DNA of 63,888 bases, the filler included, from Octopus bimaculoides (taxonomy: Eukaryota), in the NCBI RefSeq assembly GCF_001194135.2. It is 7 parts of 6 records of this genome, joined end to end, with 100 filler letters (N's around TTAATTAATTAA, not from the genome) between each part and the next. Parts side by side here need not be neighbours in the genome. Positions count along the whole stretch, not along the records: positions 22,327 to 32,248 come from NC_068989.1; positions 32,349 to 35,810 come from NC_068990.1; positions 35,911 to 58,091 come from NC_068981.1; 4 more parts are not named here. The stretch is one strand, 5' to 3'. The notes below the pieces were generated by a model. That model saw only the letters and a list, made by a program, of their open reading frames with translations. It was not told where the DNA came from and did not search any database. Within the stretch, counting starts at the first letter, position 1. The number at the start of each line of letters is the position of its first letter. Shown piece by piece: positions 23,550-36,085 of the stretch. The position numbers and the translations under genes were made by a program.

Positions 23550-24900
23550 CTATATTGCTGCCTTACGTCACTCTTAAAAATCATATGAAACAACTACCAC
23601 TTCTTTCCAAATGGACGTTAATTAAACCTTTCAGAAAGAAGTTGGGGCTAGTTAGTAAAGGCACTTCCAATGTCATCAAGCTCCACCAAAATGAGACGGC
23701 TTCTCAGTTGTGTACTGTATGAATGATTACATTGCAAGTACATTTAAAAAAAATATCTTAAGGATCCTTGACTTTAACATACCTACTATCACAAACTAAC
23801 GACAGTGTATCTTTAGATGTAATAAGATTTAATCGTAAAGTAACATTATCCAATAGAAATCTAGGCGTTGAAACAATATTCATCAATAAAAATTCCAATC
23901 GTTCGCCAAACCATAATTAACTATCTAGAAGTCATTATGATAAAGAGAATATCTGAACTGTTCTCGGAAAACAGGATATTCTCCCTATTTTAACAAGAGC
24001 CAGTTAACTGTGATTTCAGTATATAGCTGTTTTACATAGAACAACCCATCCAATCGTCACTAAAAAAAAACTAGGAACAGTAGGGTAATCAAGCATAAAC
24101 AACTCATAATCCGGTTGTTACTAAGAATATAGACGGGAATTTCGTAACTCTAGTATGGCATAACTTCCCACAAAAACGTAAATACTGTAAATATTTAAAT
24201 GCACATAGCGTAAAGGGTATATATTCTAACCCGAACAATAACAATATCCAGATCACTCGTAGTGCATCTTTAAGCAGAAAAATCCGAAGCTGAATTGCAA
24301 CTGGCGAAATTCATCTGCTTGTCCTCTCAAGCGATCTGTATTTTCAGAGGAATTGTATATCGAGAATCATTAAGATCTTAGGTCATCGAATGCAGTTACA
24401 TAGCAGTTTACCAGGAGCTCTTTCAAAGATCGCTTCTCTCAACACTTTTTGCTCTTTCGAGTTAAAGAAAAGGGTAATTCAAATTCCTTGTGCTAGTTCA
24501 TCTCGAACGACTGGAACCAGGGATCCAACAACATGGTACACCATCACAATTACTACCTTCTATTCCAAAGGATTGGCACTACATTCTTGGCAGCCTACGC
24601 ATCAATTTCAAGTACTGAAGCAGCCAGCCACAACCCCAACCGGAGGTCCAAAATTTTATCAAACTGTCGCCGGTGAAGGATATCTTTTCGAAAATTTACA
24701 GGTTGAAACATGTCAAGCCAAATGGAACTAATTTGTATCTATTATTATTAAATGAGTAACCAGGAATATATTACTTGTTTACTGATTACAAACGCGATCA
24801 GGATAGTCTCCCTTATATAACAGGAGACCAGTTTGCTTTCGCCGGTTCTGCAACAGTTTCAAGCAAACAACCAACGGCTTTCTAGTGTTCTGAGGCTATG
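23550..24900 (-). mobile_element. Probable highly degraded Penelope-like RT
   Basis: Weak minus-strand remnants: PPVGVVAGCFST (cf. PxRPIVSxxxSPT) and LWFGERLEFLLMN...ITSKDT (cf. the post-YxDD/FLD region). Many stops. Confidence 0.35.
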
Positions 24901-25409
24901 ACATTGCCAGCCAACATATTATTCACGTAATTCTCTATAGAAGTTACGTGNNNNNNNNNNNNNNNNNNNNNNNNNNNNNNNNNNNNNNNNNNNNNNNNNN
25001 NNNNNNNNNNNNNNNNNNNNNNNNNNNNNNNNNNNNNNNNNNNNNNNNNNNNNNNNNNNNNNNNNNNNNNNNNNNNNNNNNNNNNNNNNNNNNNNNNNNN
25101 NNNNNNNNNNNNNNNNNNNNNNNNNNNNNNGCTCGGCGTACTCACGTTTCTGCCAGCTCGCCGCCTTTGAATAATTAAATGTTGTCATATTTCGGGATGG
25201 TCATTTTTTTTTCTTGCCAAATAAACACATGCATTATATATTCGTTCTCCACTCGTTTATTATTGTTCTTATTTCATCTTATGTCCATTGTCTGGATATC
25301 TTTTGTCACACGTCGGAGTTTTATCATGGTTACCGAGTAAGTGTCACATATTTTTAGATACATATACACACACACACACACACATATATAAATACATACA
25401 TACATGCGA

Positions 25410-26307
25410 ATGGTAAATTTCTAATTTTTAATTTTGCGTATGCACATTGTTATTGATTTTGTCGACTAAACAGTACAGTAGAGTCAGTTGGGCACCATCT
25501 GTGAGAAAAACAGTACCATGACGCAATTCACTCTTCCAGAAATTTGGAAACTACATGCTGTACTGCTCGGCATTCGACCCAGAAGCTCCAATTCGAACAT
25601 TTCAGAGTGTTTGGGTGTCAATCTGAGGTCAGTGCAATCTGAGGACATGTACCGAGAGTGATAAAAATGAAACATTCAGTTAACATCATGGTGTTTGGAG
25701 TGAACACTAGTGATGGTGTCCTTATGCCTCCATTCATCTTTCCACACGGTCTCAGACTCAACACGGAGACCCACATCTAGTGCCTGGAGTTGGTAGTGCT
25801 GTCCTGGGTGAAGAGGGTGGCTGATAGAAGACCCTGTGTATGGCAACAAGACTCCTCACCGTGCCACACATGCAGGAGAACTCAGTCATGGCTGTCAGAC
25901 AATATCTCAGACCACATTAACCATAACATGTGGCCACCTAACTCCCCAGACTGCAACCCCTCTGATTATTATGTGTCGGACGCAGTTGAGCGACAGACCA
26001 ACAAAACTCATTGTAACACCAAAGATGAACTGAAGGCAAGGATTCTGACAACATTCACCAACTTAATCAAAGAAACCGTCCAGAAGAGTTGCAGGAGATT
26101 TCGAAGTTGCCTGGAAGCCGTGGTTGAAGTGAATGGCGATTTTATTGAATAAATTTACTCTTTAGTATTTCAAGATATATTAAAATTTACTCCGTAATAT
26201 TTTAAGATATTTTAATGTAATTTTGTTAAATACGTATATTAAAATGAGATGTCTGTGTTATTTTCATTTTTGCATAATTTAGACGACAGTTTATTCGCCG
26301 CACCCTA
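25410..26307 (+). mobile_element. Internally deleted maT-family (DD37D) Tc1/mariner transposon
   Basis: WQQD-x37-D in QQDSSPCH...WPPNSPDCNPSDYY, then LEAVVEVNGDFIE* (26152). 3' TIR-like TTATTCGCCGCACCCT-A-TA. The N-terminal MTQFTLPEIW... joins the DDD region through a deletion; the left TIR is not seen. Confidence 0.88.
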
Positions 26308-26386
26308 TATATGCATGCATGTATGTATATATGTATTGATGAATGCATACGCACACGTGTGTGTATGTGCATATAAGTATATGTAC

Positions 26387-26422
<36 letters not shown>

Positions 26423-26970
26423 ATGAGACATACACAAGTACTTACACACAGATTCACACAACAATATACATAACACCTGGTAGATTTATACGAGTAGGAG
26501 ATACAACCAAGCGAAATGTACTCGGTAGTGTACTTTAGTAACCCATGTAGACCGATGTGTACTTTAGAGTTCCCTATAGATCTGCGTCAAGGAGACACAG
26601 AGATTTTGTCGAGACGGTAGAAGCTTTGGTGATTATAGTGGTTGTAGAAGAAGTATTGGAGGTAGTTGTGATGGTAGTGTTGGAGGCGGCAATGGTGCGG
26701 CGGTGGTTGTGGTTGTGGTGGTGATGGTGGTGGTGTTGGTAGTGATAGGATATTACTATTAGTATTAGTGGTTGTAATGGTGCGTGATGCTGATATTAGT
26801 TATGCCTGTTATGATTTTTGTGATGGTGTGATGGCTGTTTTAGCAGTTGCATTGAAAACGTCATGTGCTAAACCCTTTTATTTAACTTGTTTGGTCAATG
26901 AGATTAAATTGGGAACAAGGCAGGGCTGTCTGAACAGACTTAAAATCTACATAAATACAGAATCAGACAG

Positions 26971-27054
<84 letters not shown>

Positions 27055-27842
27055 ATACATTCACACATCCAAGTGTGCGCACACTTGTTGATTGTATACG
27101 TGTGTATACACGCATGCGCACGATCGCGCGCACGCGCGCGCACACAGACACACACACAGAGTAACATATATATTCATGTCCATACATGTAAATGGTCGTA
27201 CAAGCATACAAGCATGCGTACAAAGACTTTCGTACAACCAAATACTCGCAAATTCATGCGAACACATACGTTCACATACACACATGCACACACGCACACG
27301 CACACAAACACACACACACACACATGTACACACACATACACACACAATCACATACCCTCACGCCAGGTACGAACATCGCCTTTTGCACCCGTGTGGTATA
27401 GAATTATCGGTTATGATAATGATTGTGGTGGAGTTGTTGGTTTTGGTACAAGTCATTTCAGAGGTGGGGCGGATGGCTGCGATGCTAGAGGAGGTGGTGA
27501 GGATGATGACGGTAGCAGTAATAGGAGGGATAAGGGGGGATCGGGATGGTAGTGGATTTAACGGCATTGGCGAAAGTTTCTGGCTGTGATAGGTGCATTC
27601 AAGATGTTTTTGAGAGCATGCGGGTTTAACAAAAGTTGGTACACAACTCGTTCCTTCCCAAAACTAGTTGTGCTTCGTTTAATCTCTCCACGCTCACCTT
27701 TGCGTCAGTCTTCTTCCTCACCTCCATACCCAGCATTATCCAGCAACTTATAAATACACTTATATAGAGAACATATTACTTCGTATGCTGTACAGCGTGT
27801 TACTTATCCCCAAAGTTATCAATTGGTGGTTTAGTATAAATA

Positions 27843-28053
27843 TACTCTTTACTCTTTTACTTGTTTCAGTCATTTGACTGCGGCCATGCTGGGGCACTGC
27901 CTTTAGTCGAGAAAATCGACCCCAGGACTTATTCTTTGTACGCCTACTACTTATTCTATTCGTCTCTTTTTGCCGAACCGCTAAGTTACGGGGACGTAAA
28001 CACAATAGCATCGGTTGTCAAGCGATGTTGGGGGGACAAACACAGACACACAA

Positions 28054-28102
<49 letters not shown>

Positions 28103-28386
28103 NNNNNNNNNNNNNNNNNNNNNNNNNNNNNNNNNNNNNNNNNNNNNNNNNNNNNNNNNNNNNNNNNNNNNNNNNNNNNNNNNNNNNNNNNNNNNNNNNN
28201 NNNNNNNNNNNNNNNNNNNNNNNNNNNNNNNNNNNNNNNNNTCCGTCTACCAAATCTTCTCACAAGGCTTTGGTCGGCGAAGGCTATAGTAGAAGACACT
28301 TGCCTAAGGTGTCACGAAGTGGGACTGAACCCGGAACCATGTGGTTGGTAAGCAAGCTACTTACCACACAGCCACTCCTGCGCCTA
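27843..28386 (-). mobile_element. SINE family A, full length (gap inside the internal microsatellite)
   Basis: Reverse complement of the 22885 copy. Confidence 0.9.
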
Positions 28387-29117
28387 TGAAAAATAATTTT
28401 GCTGTATTTCTGGAGGGCCATTATGACAATAATGAACAATAATAAACCAATAATAAGCATACGCACTAGTTTTGTTTCACTTATTAATTTTTATTCGCCA
28501 GCTGGTAAACTATTTAACCAATTAAATAATCGATTATTTGATTAACAGTTCTGCCAATCAATCAGTCAGCCAGGTTTGTCAAAGCTCTTTCGTCGGCATT
28601 CACGATCTCATCAATGACATGCTTCACCACACTAGATCTGTTTCAGAAGTGAAATAGAACCAGTGCGTGTGCGTGCATGTGTGTGTGCGCGCGCGCGCGC
28701 GTGTGTAAGAATGATATATCAGGTTTTAATAGTAGATCACAACATTTGTTTCTGCACCTAACACCAGCTTTAAGCTGTTGAGTTTGTATTCACATGCAAT
28801 TATAGAATGTCGTTCTTTATAACAATTTTGTATATGGACGCCTCATCTGGCGGAACACAATTAATTCTTTTCTTTTTTTCATTTATCTAGTTTCAGCTCA
28901 TGAGCTGTGACCATGCTGGGGCAATACTCTGGGTATACGATGTACATTATCTTCCAATAGTCAAATTATCAGATACTGAGGGACACAAGCATAAACATAT
29001 ATGTAATATTACAATAATACCATCAACAACAATAACTGTAACGGAATCAGGGAGATACACATATCATCGATTAAAAAGAAAAAAATACTAATTATAACCT
29101 TATTTGAAAGATGTCGG

Positions 29118-29533
29118 TACTCTTTACTCTTTACTCTTTTACTTGTTTCAGTCATTTGACTGCAGCCATGCTGGAGCACCGCCTTTAGTCGAGCAAATCG
29201 ACTCCAGGACTTATTCTTTGGAAGCCTAGTACTTATTCTATCGGTCTCTTTTGGCGAACCGCTAAGTTACGGGGACGTAAACACACCACCATCGGTTGTC
29301 AAGCGATGTTGGGGAACAAACATAGACACACAAACATACACACACACACACATATATATACATATATACGACGGGCTTCTTTCAGTTTCCGTCTACCAAA
29401 CCCACTCACAAGGCTTTGGTCGGCCCGAGGCTATATTAGAAGACATTTGCCCAAGGTACCACGCAGTGGGAATGAACCCGGAACCATGTGGTTAGTAAGC
29501 AAGCTACTTACCACACAGCCACTCCTGTGCCTA
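29118..29533 (-). mobile_element. SINE family A, full length
   Basis: Reverse complement of the 22885 copy. Confidence 0.9.
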
Positions 29534-29629
29534 TAGTTAAATAAAATAAAGTTTTCTTATTTTATTCAGAGTATTCAGAAAAATCCAGCAAGAATTAATT
29601 GAATTCCACCCGACAAAGCGCCCACACAC

Positions 29630-29964
29630 GGCAGTCGCTGAAATGGCTGTTTGGTGAGGAGCTTGCTTCTCAAGCACATGCTTTGGGATTCAGTCCCACT
29701 GCTTGACACTTTGAGCAAGTATCTTCTACTGTAGCCTAGGGCTGACCAAAACCTTGTGAGTGGATTTGGTAGATCGAAACTGAAAGCAGCGCGTCGTATA
29801 CATGTATATGTGTGTGTGTATCTTTGTATCTTCGCTTGGCCCCTTCAGCACTGCTTGACAAAAGGTGGTAGTGTGTTTACATCCCTGTAACCTAACGGTT
29901 GCTGGGGCCGACCAAAGGCTTGATAGTGGATTTGATAGACGGAAACTCAAAGAAGCACGTCGCT

Positions 29965-29996
<32 letters not shown>

Positions 29997-30250
29997 TGTA
30001 TGTATGTATGTATGTATGCATGCATGCATGTATGTATGTATGTATGTATATATATATATATATATATATACATATACATATGTGTGTGTGTTTGTATCTG
30101 TGTTTGTCTCCCACCACCGCTTGGCAACCGATGCTGGTGTGTTTACGTTCCCGTAACCTAGCGGTTGGGTAAAAGACACCGATAGAATAAGTACCTGGCT
30201 TTTAAGAAATAGGTGCTGGGGTCGATATATTCGACTAAATAATTCTAAAG
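29630..30250 (+). mobile_element. Two diverged SINE-A copies fused head-to-tail
   Basis: Head+core (29630-29900) is joined directly to a second copy that starts at the core (CTGGGGCCGACCAAAGG), with a (TATG)n interior. Confidence 0.75.
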
Positions 30251-30431
30251 CTTGCTACTTCTTCTATCGGGCTCCTTTTTCCGAACCGCTAAGTTACGGG
30301 ACAGTCCACCATAGATTGCCAAGCGGTGGTTAGAGACAAACGAAAACACAAAGAAACACAAACACTCACACACGCATGCGCGCACGCGCACGCACACATG
30401 CATAGGTACATACATGTATATTTCGATATAT

Positions 30432-30551
30432 TAGTGCAGAAGATTCTATACACGGATAGAATTCCCCTATGTGGATTTCTTACATGCTAGAAATGGCATG
30501 TATGATATCCACATGGTGGATTTCTGTCCGTGTATGAAATCTTATGCACTA
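30432..30551. mobile_element. 120-bp foldback MITE-like element
   Basis: TAGTGCAGAAGATTCTATACACGGATAGAATTC / GATTTCTGTCCGTGTATGAAATCTTATGCACTA, plus inner ATGTGGAT/ATCCACAT and TACATGC/GCATGTA stems. Confidence 0.75.
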
Positions 30552-30751
30552 TTTATGTCTTCTGGCTTTTAGTTACGCATGCAGACAACTGGTAAAATAG
30601 TATTATTTTTTGAAATAAATTTTACCCTTTGATTAATAAATTCAAAATAGGATAAAAATCTTTTAGAAGAATTTTATCAGGAAGCTAGTGTGTAAAAAAA
30701 TTCATAAGGGAAATTTCTATTCCCAAGAATATAATTATTCGTTTATATTTA

Positions 30752-30925
30752 TATAAGGGCTATCCTACAGAGTAATGCCACACAACAGACTTCCCAAATA
30801 AACGCATTTTAGTACCGAATGCGAGGAAAAGCAACTCTCAAAAGAAACCAAACTTTTCGTCGCATTCGGTACTAAAATGTGTTTATTTGGAAAGTCTGTT
30901 GTGTGGCATTCTTCTGTAGTAATGC

Positions 30926-30932
<7 letters not shown>
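30752..30932. mobile_element. Young foldback MITE, 80-bp arms and 21-nt loop, in TA context
   Basis: Arms 30752-30831 and 30853-30932 are nearly perfectly complementary (TAAGGGC...GCCCTTA). Confidence 0.85.
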
Positions 30933-30959
<27 letters not shown>

Positions 30960-30961
<2 letters not shown>

Positions 30962-31110
30962 GCGTTTTTCAGCTACCAAGTCCAGTCTCAAGGCTCTGAT
31001 CGACCTGCAGCTATAGAAGACAACTGCCTAATGCGCCCCGTAGTGGGACTGAACTTATAACCATGTGGTTGCGAAGCAAACGTTTTACTACAGTCACGCT
31101 TGCGCCTATC
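30960..31110 (-). mobile_element. SINE family A head/core, diverged
   Basis: ...GTGGGACTGAAC...CCATGTGGTTGCGAAGCAAAC...GCGCCTAT. Confidence 0.75.
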
Positions 31111-31129
31111 ATATATATATATATATGTA

Positions 31130-31186
<57 letters not shown>

Positions 31187-31989
31187 GTATATCACACACA
31201 CACATACTCACAAAGACACCCACCCACACATATACATAACACTTTCATCGGTATGTATAGATGCATTTGCGCCTGTGTGTATATAAGTATATGAGTGGGT
31301 GGAGGCAGACAACAGATAAAATGAGGATAGTCAAATTGATAGATAGATAGACGTATAGACAGAAAGAGGGAGAGATAGAGATAGAGAGAGGGGAGAGGGA
31401 TAAATAAATACACAAACAAATGGATAGAAGCAAAAAGAATGAGAGAAAGAAAATGGGTGAGAGAGAAATGCGAGAGAGGAAAGAGATTATTCAAATATAT
31501 GTACATCTGCATTAGTACCACATATAATTACTTGTCGAGGTTTTTCTCGATGTCTTCAGTAATACAGCTATTGTGGGCGTGGTTACATCGAATATGTTAA
31601 GTAGTATTGTGGGCGTGGTTTACCTGCACTGTGTCATGCTGCATTTATAGTAGTATCATAGGTGTGGCTAGAGATTTTAATTTGAAACTATATGTCGTTG
31701 TCTCTGGTCGTGGTTATAGTTACAACTGTAACGGCATTGAGGACACATCAGTAATTATGATTCTTTCTCACTTTGTTGGTCTCTCAACTCCTGAGTAAGT
31801 CATTATAAACGCAGTATACTGGGTCCCATTGTGTCTATAGGGCCCGATTGCTAAGCTATGTTTGCCGTAATTGTATATGTAGGGGCCTCAGTGCTTTGCA
31901 TAATACTTCTGCCTTGGAGCATACGGTTTTTATTCTGTTAGGACATTTTTTTAATATGGCCGACGCCAAGTCTTCTATGCGACTATCTT

Positions 31990-32189
31990 TTACACCTTTC
32001 AGTCATTAGACTGCGGCCATGCTGGGGCACCGTCTTGAAAGAATATTTTGTCGAATGGATCGACTCCAGTAGTTATATTTTGTAATAGCTTAGTGCTTAT
32101 CGGTCTCTTTTGCCGAACCGTTACGGGGACGTAAACACACCGAGACCAGCTATCAAGTGTTAGCGGTGAGGAGAATCACAAACACACAA

Positions 32190-32190
<1 letters not shown>
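31990..32190 (-). mobile_element. SINE family A 3' half
   Basis: TTTCAGTCATTAGACTGCGGCCATGCTGGGGCACCG...GCCGAACCG-TTACGGGGACGTAAAC. Confidence 0.8.
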
Positions 32191-32248
<58 letters not shown>

Positions 32249-32656
32249 NNNNNNNNNNNNNNNNNNNNNNNNNNNNNNNNNNNNNNNNNNNNTTAATTAA
32301 TTAANNNNNNNNNNNNNNNNNNNNNNNNNNNNNNNNNNNNNNNNNNNNTATATATATATATATCCCGTGAGTATACCTTCTTACCTTACTTAACATTATT
32401 TATTTCCTTCTGTTTTTTGTTTAATATTTAATTACATTTCCTCTTCTTTCTGTCATCTTTTCTATTGTTTTAAGATTTTTAAACATTTCCTTAAAGTGAT
32501 CACTGTCCTTCTTTTCAAATTCTTATTTTTACTTTCATTCTTTCAAGATAATTTCATTCTGTTTGTCTTACACGCTTTCGTTCGTTTTACATCTTTTCAG
32601 TCGTTGGAAATTTCTTTTCCCGATCTATTCACTTCGATAGATACTTTTCCCTCACC

Positions 32657-32973
32657 ATCATCATCATCATCATCATTATCATCATCATCATCATCATCAT
32701 CGTCGTCGTCGTCGTCGTCGTCGTCGTCATCATTATCATCATCAACAAACCTCCTTCTCTTCCACACTCCTGCTCTACCTCTTCTATTCCCTCTTCGTCA
32801 ATGTTCCCTTTCATCTTCTACTTTTTCGTCTTTACATTTCTTCTTCATTATCCTCGCTTTCTTCTTATTTTTCGTATCCTTTTTCTTCTTCCTTCACTCC
32901 CCCTCCACCTCTCCCCTTCTTCTTCTTCTTCTTCTTCTTCTTCTTCTTCTTCTTCTTCTTCTTCTTCTTCTTC
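32657..32973. repeat. (TCA)n/(TCG)n and (TCT)n microsatellites in a pyrimidine-rich tract
   Basis: Directly visible. Confidence 0.9.
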
Positions 32974-33244
32974 TCCTCCTCGTCGTCCTTCTATTCCTCT
33001 TCCTACTGCACCTCCTTCCACACTTTTCATTTGCTATCCACTTTTGCCTTTCTTTCACCGTGCTTTTTTTAATATAAATTCTTTCCTAATCCATCCAGAC
33101 ATTATTCATTCTCACTGTTCTGTTGAAGGTTAAGGTTATATTTATTTTGTTTTAAACATACACACATTTACACACGCACATAAACGTAAGCACACACACG
33201 CACACGCACGTGCACAGACATGCCCTCCTACACAGACACACACA

Positions 33245-33480
33245 TATGAAGAAACTTTATCTAAAGGAGTGGAAAGTACAATATCCTGTAAGTTAGACCG
33301 ACTCATGATCTCGGCAGACAAAATGGAAAAGGCGTTGTCCCATAGGATGTCGAAGGAGTTGAGCAACAACAGCTCACTCTGAGTCATGGGGATTGCACTT
33401 GCGAACAGATATCTTCACCCGGATAAAGGTGAGCAATGTCACGGACCGAGATTGCTGGAGGTCTCCACTGACAAACTTGC
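33245..33480 (+). mobile_element. Possible decayed Ty3/Gypsy gag fragment
   Basis: EETLSKGVESTISCKLDRLMISADKMEKAL...*...RYLHPDKGEQCHGP loosely resembles the LDxLAxxADK and YHxxxGxxAxxCxxP gag motifs. By-eye similarity only. Confidence 0.25.
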
Positions 33481-34720
33481 AAAGACGTATTAACACTAAC
33501 ACGCATATGAGCTCGCATATATGAACGCAATCACTCACACACGCCGAGACGTATATACATATATATTTATATGTATGTTTCTCTCTTCTTTTTGCTACTC
33601 TTCAATATATTTCGGTATATTTTATACAGTTTTGGCATCCCATTTCTAAATAACCACTCTTGAATTTATAGTATTTCACTTTCAAACCTTTGTTTTGCCA
33701 ACTTCTCTATTATTCTTTCTTCCATTTTCTTTGCTTCTTTCTCGCAGATCATTTTCAGTTTTCACGATTACCATTCCATTCTCATCTTGTCTTCAAATTC
33801 ATTCCAGCTTCTTTCATATTTATTTCTTTACTATTTATTTATCCTCCAATTAACATTCATTCATCTCATCTATTTTTTAAAGAATATCTAGAATATTAAA
33901 GTCAGGATTTAGAAATAGTATATTCTATATACTAAATTCATATGGAAATCCGATAAAACTCAATAACTAATAGGTTATCTTCTTTTGAATATACAAAGAT
34001 CTTAACAACTTGCTACTGATGACTACTGGTTTCATTGTTGCATATTAATTCATACAAATCTATCTCGCTTCCCGACCGAAAAGAATGTACAGCAAGAATC
34101 TGCTAAGCAGGCAGCTGTGTAGAACTCCCTTCATCACCAAAAGCCAATCGCATAAGAATGGCCACTGATAAAAGTGATGACATTGGCAGAGCTACATACA
34201 CACATACACACGCATAAGTATTCACATACCACATTCATAACGAAAACTTACTACATTTTGTTCTAGGGTTCACTGAAATGATCTGTCTCGGTCGATCTCT
34301 ATCCATATAAAAATGTATGTCTTCCAGAACTTACACTAATATATATGTATTGTTTGATTTGTCTTGCACAATTCATAATAATACATATCGCACCATCATG
34401 TTCAATATGTGTAGACGCTATTGATTTTTTAACCACGATCAATGCAAACAGAATTATAGATCGTCGTCCAATGGAATTAATAACGGTCTAGAGAAGACAT
34501 GCGACATAAATGTTTGGATTGGATTTGGCACATTCAGCAGGTTCCGTGGAGTTTGATGTAGCTGTATGTTTATTAGAATATAGTGTAGTTCAAATGTAAC
34601 AAGATATAACTGTGTAAATCTGCCAACATTCTGAGATGAATAGTAAGTTGAAATGAATGGGGTTCATATAGTCTTCCATTGCATTCAAGAGACTGCGTTA
34701 CTTAAATGTTTATTCCCCCT

Positions 34721-35085
34721 TTTACTCTTTTTCTTGTTTCAGTCATTTGACTGCGGCCATGCTGGAGCACCGCCTTTAGCCGAGCAAAGGACTTATTCTT
34801 TGTAAGCCTAGTACTTATTCTATCGTTCGCTTTTGCGGAACCGCTAAGTTACGGGGACGGAAACACACCAGCATCGGATGTCAAGCGATGTTGGGGGGAC
34901 AAACATAGACACACAAACACACATATATGTATACATATACATATATACGACGAGCTTCTTTCAGTTTCCGTCTACCGAATCCGCTCACAAGGCTTTGGTC
35001 GGCCCGAGGCTATAGTAGAAGACACTTGCCCGGAGCCATGTGGTTGATAAGCAAGCTACTTAGCACACAGCCACTCCTGCGCCTA
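34721..35085 (-). mobile_element. SINE family A, near full length with small deletions
   Basis: Reverse complement of the 22885 copy. Confidence 0.9.
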
Positions 35086-35475
35086 CAGATTTTATACCAA
35101 AATTGCCTTTACAATTTGCAGTAATTCTTTTATCAATGTTACCTCAACAAATTATTAAACTGGTAATCTCTATGTTAAAATATTTGGTCGATTTATTGTG
35201 TGTTGAGATGCTTGCGTTATAAAATATAATTTCGTCCATTAACTTACATTTCGCAGGAAGGAATTCCACATTACCAAACAGAATAACTTGAAGACTAAAA
35301 CATTGTTATAAAAAAGGAATAAATAAAAGATATATTTGGATGCATCCAACTAGTTAGATCCGTAAGAGAAGCAATCACATCACAACGACCTAATTTTTCA
35401 AAAGCATCAAACTAACATACAACACACACATCTGTCGTTTTCTAGCTCCTTATTTGTCTCTTATAGAACTATCTT

Positions 35476-35538
<63 letters not shown>

Positions 35539-35544
35539 GTCTCC

Positions 35545-35810
35545 ATGACCGAACTGCAGTCATGGATCAAGAAGAGGCCGAGGAAGGGCGAATGGCACCG
35601 CGAGTGTCGCGCTGCTCTTCGGCAACTCCAACAACCCGGGTCAACCTTGAGCGACTGCATCACAACTAACGCATTCTATAGTGGATTAGTGGAGGGAAGG
35701 TACGACGACGATCTCGGGGCGAACCTGGGCGTCGACGAGGAATAACTGACCCTCCTGTTTAAGACGACCTTCGGGCCGGGACCTATGGACAACTTCCAGA
35801 GATCCCTGGC
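35545..35810 (+). mobile_element. GC-rich coding-like fragment, possibly LTR retrotransposon gag
   Basis: MTELQSWIKKRPRKGEWHRECRAALRQLQQPGSTLSDCITTNAFYSGL...VDEE*LTLLFKTTFGPGPMDNFQRSL: LxxLxQxGxSxxD and FxxGL gag-like motifs, one in-frame TAA, far more GC-rich than its flanks. Confidence 0.35.
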
Positions 35811-36007
35811 NNNNNNNNNNNNNNNNNNNNNNNNNNNNNNNNNNNNNNNNNNNNTTAATTAATTAANNNNNNNNNNNNNNNNNNNNNNNNNNNNNNNNNN
35901 NNNNNNNNNNTAACCATAAGAACATCACTGCAAACCACAGCACATACCCAAGGCACACAGAGCTGCGCTCGGTAGTGAAGTGAAAGCACGTTATACAAAT
36001 AAAACTA

Positions 36008-36083
<76 letters not shown>

Positions 36084-36085
<2 letters not shown>

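Noticed and set aside
31570-31625. Duplicated TTGTGGGCGTGGTT (KLF/Sp-like) motif
   Set aside because: Short local duplication with no promoter evidence.
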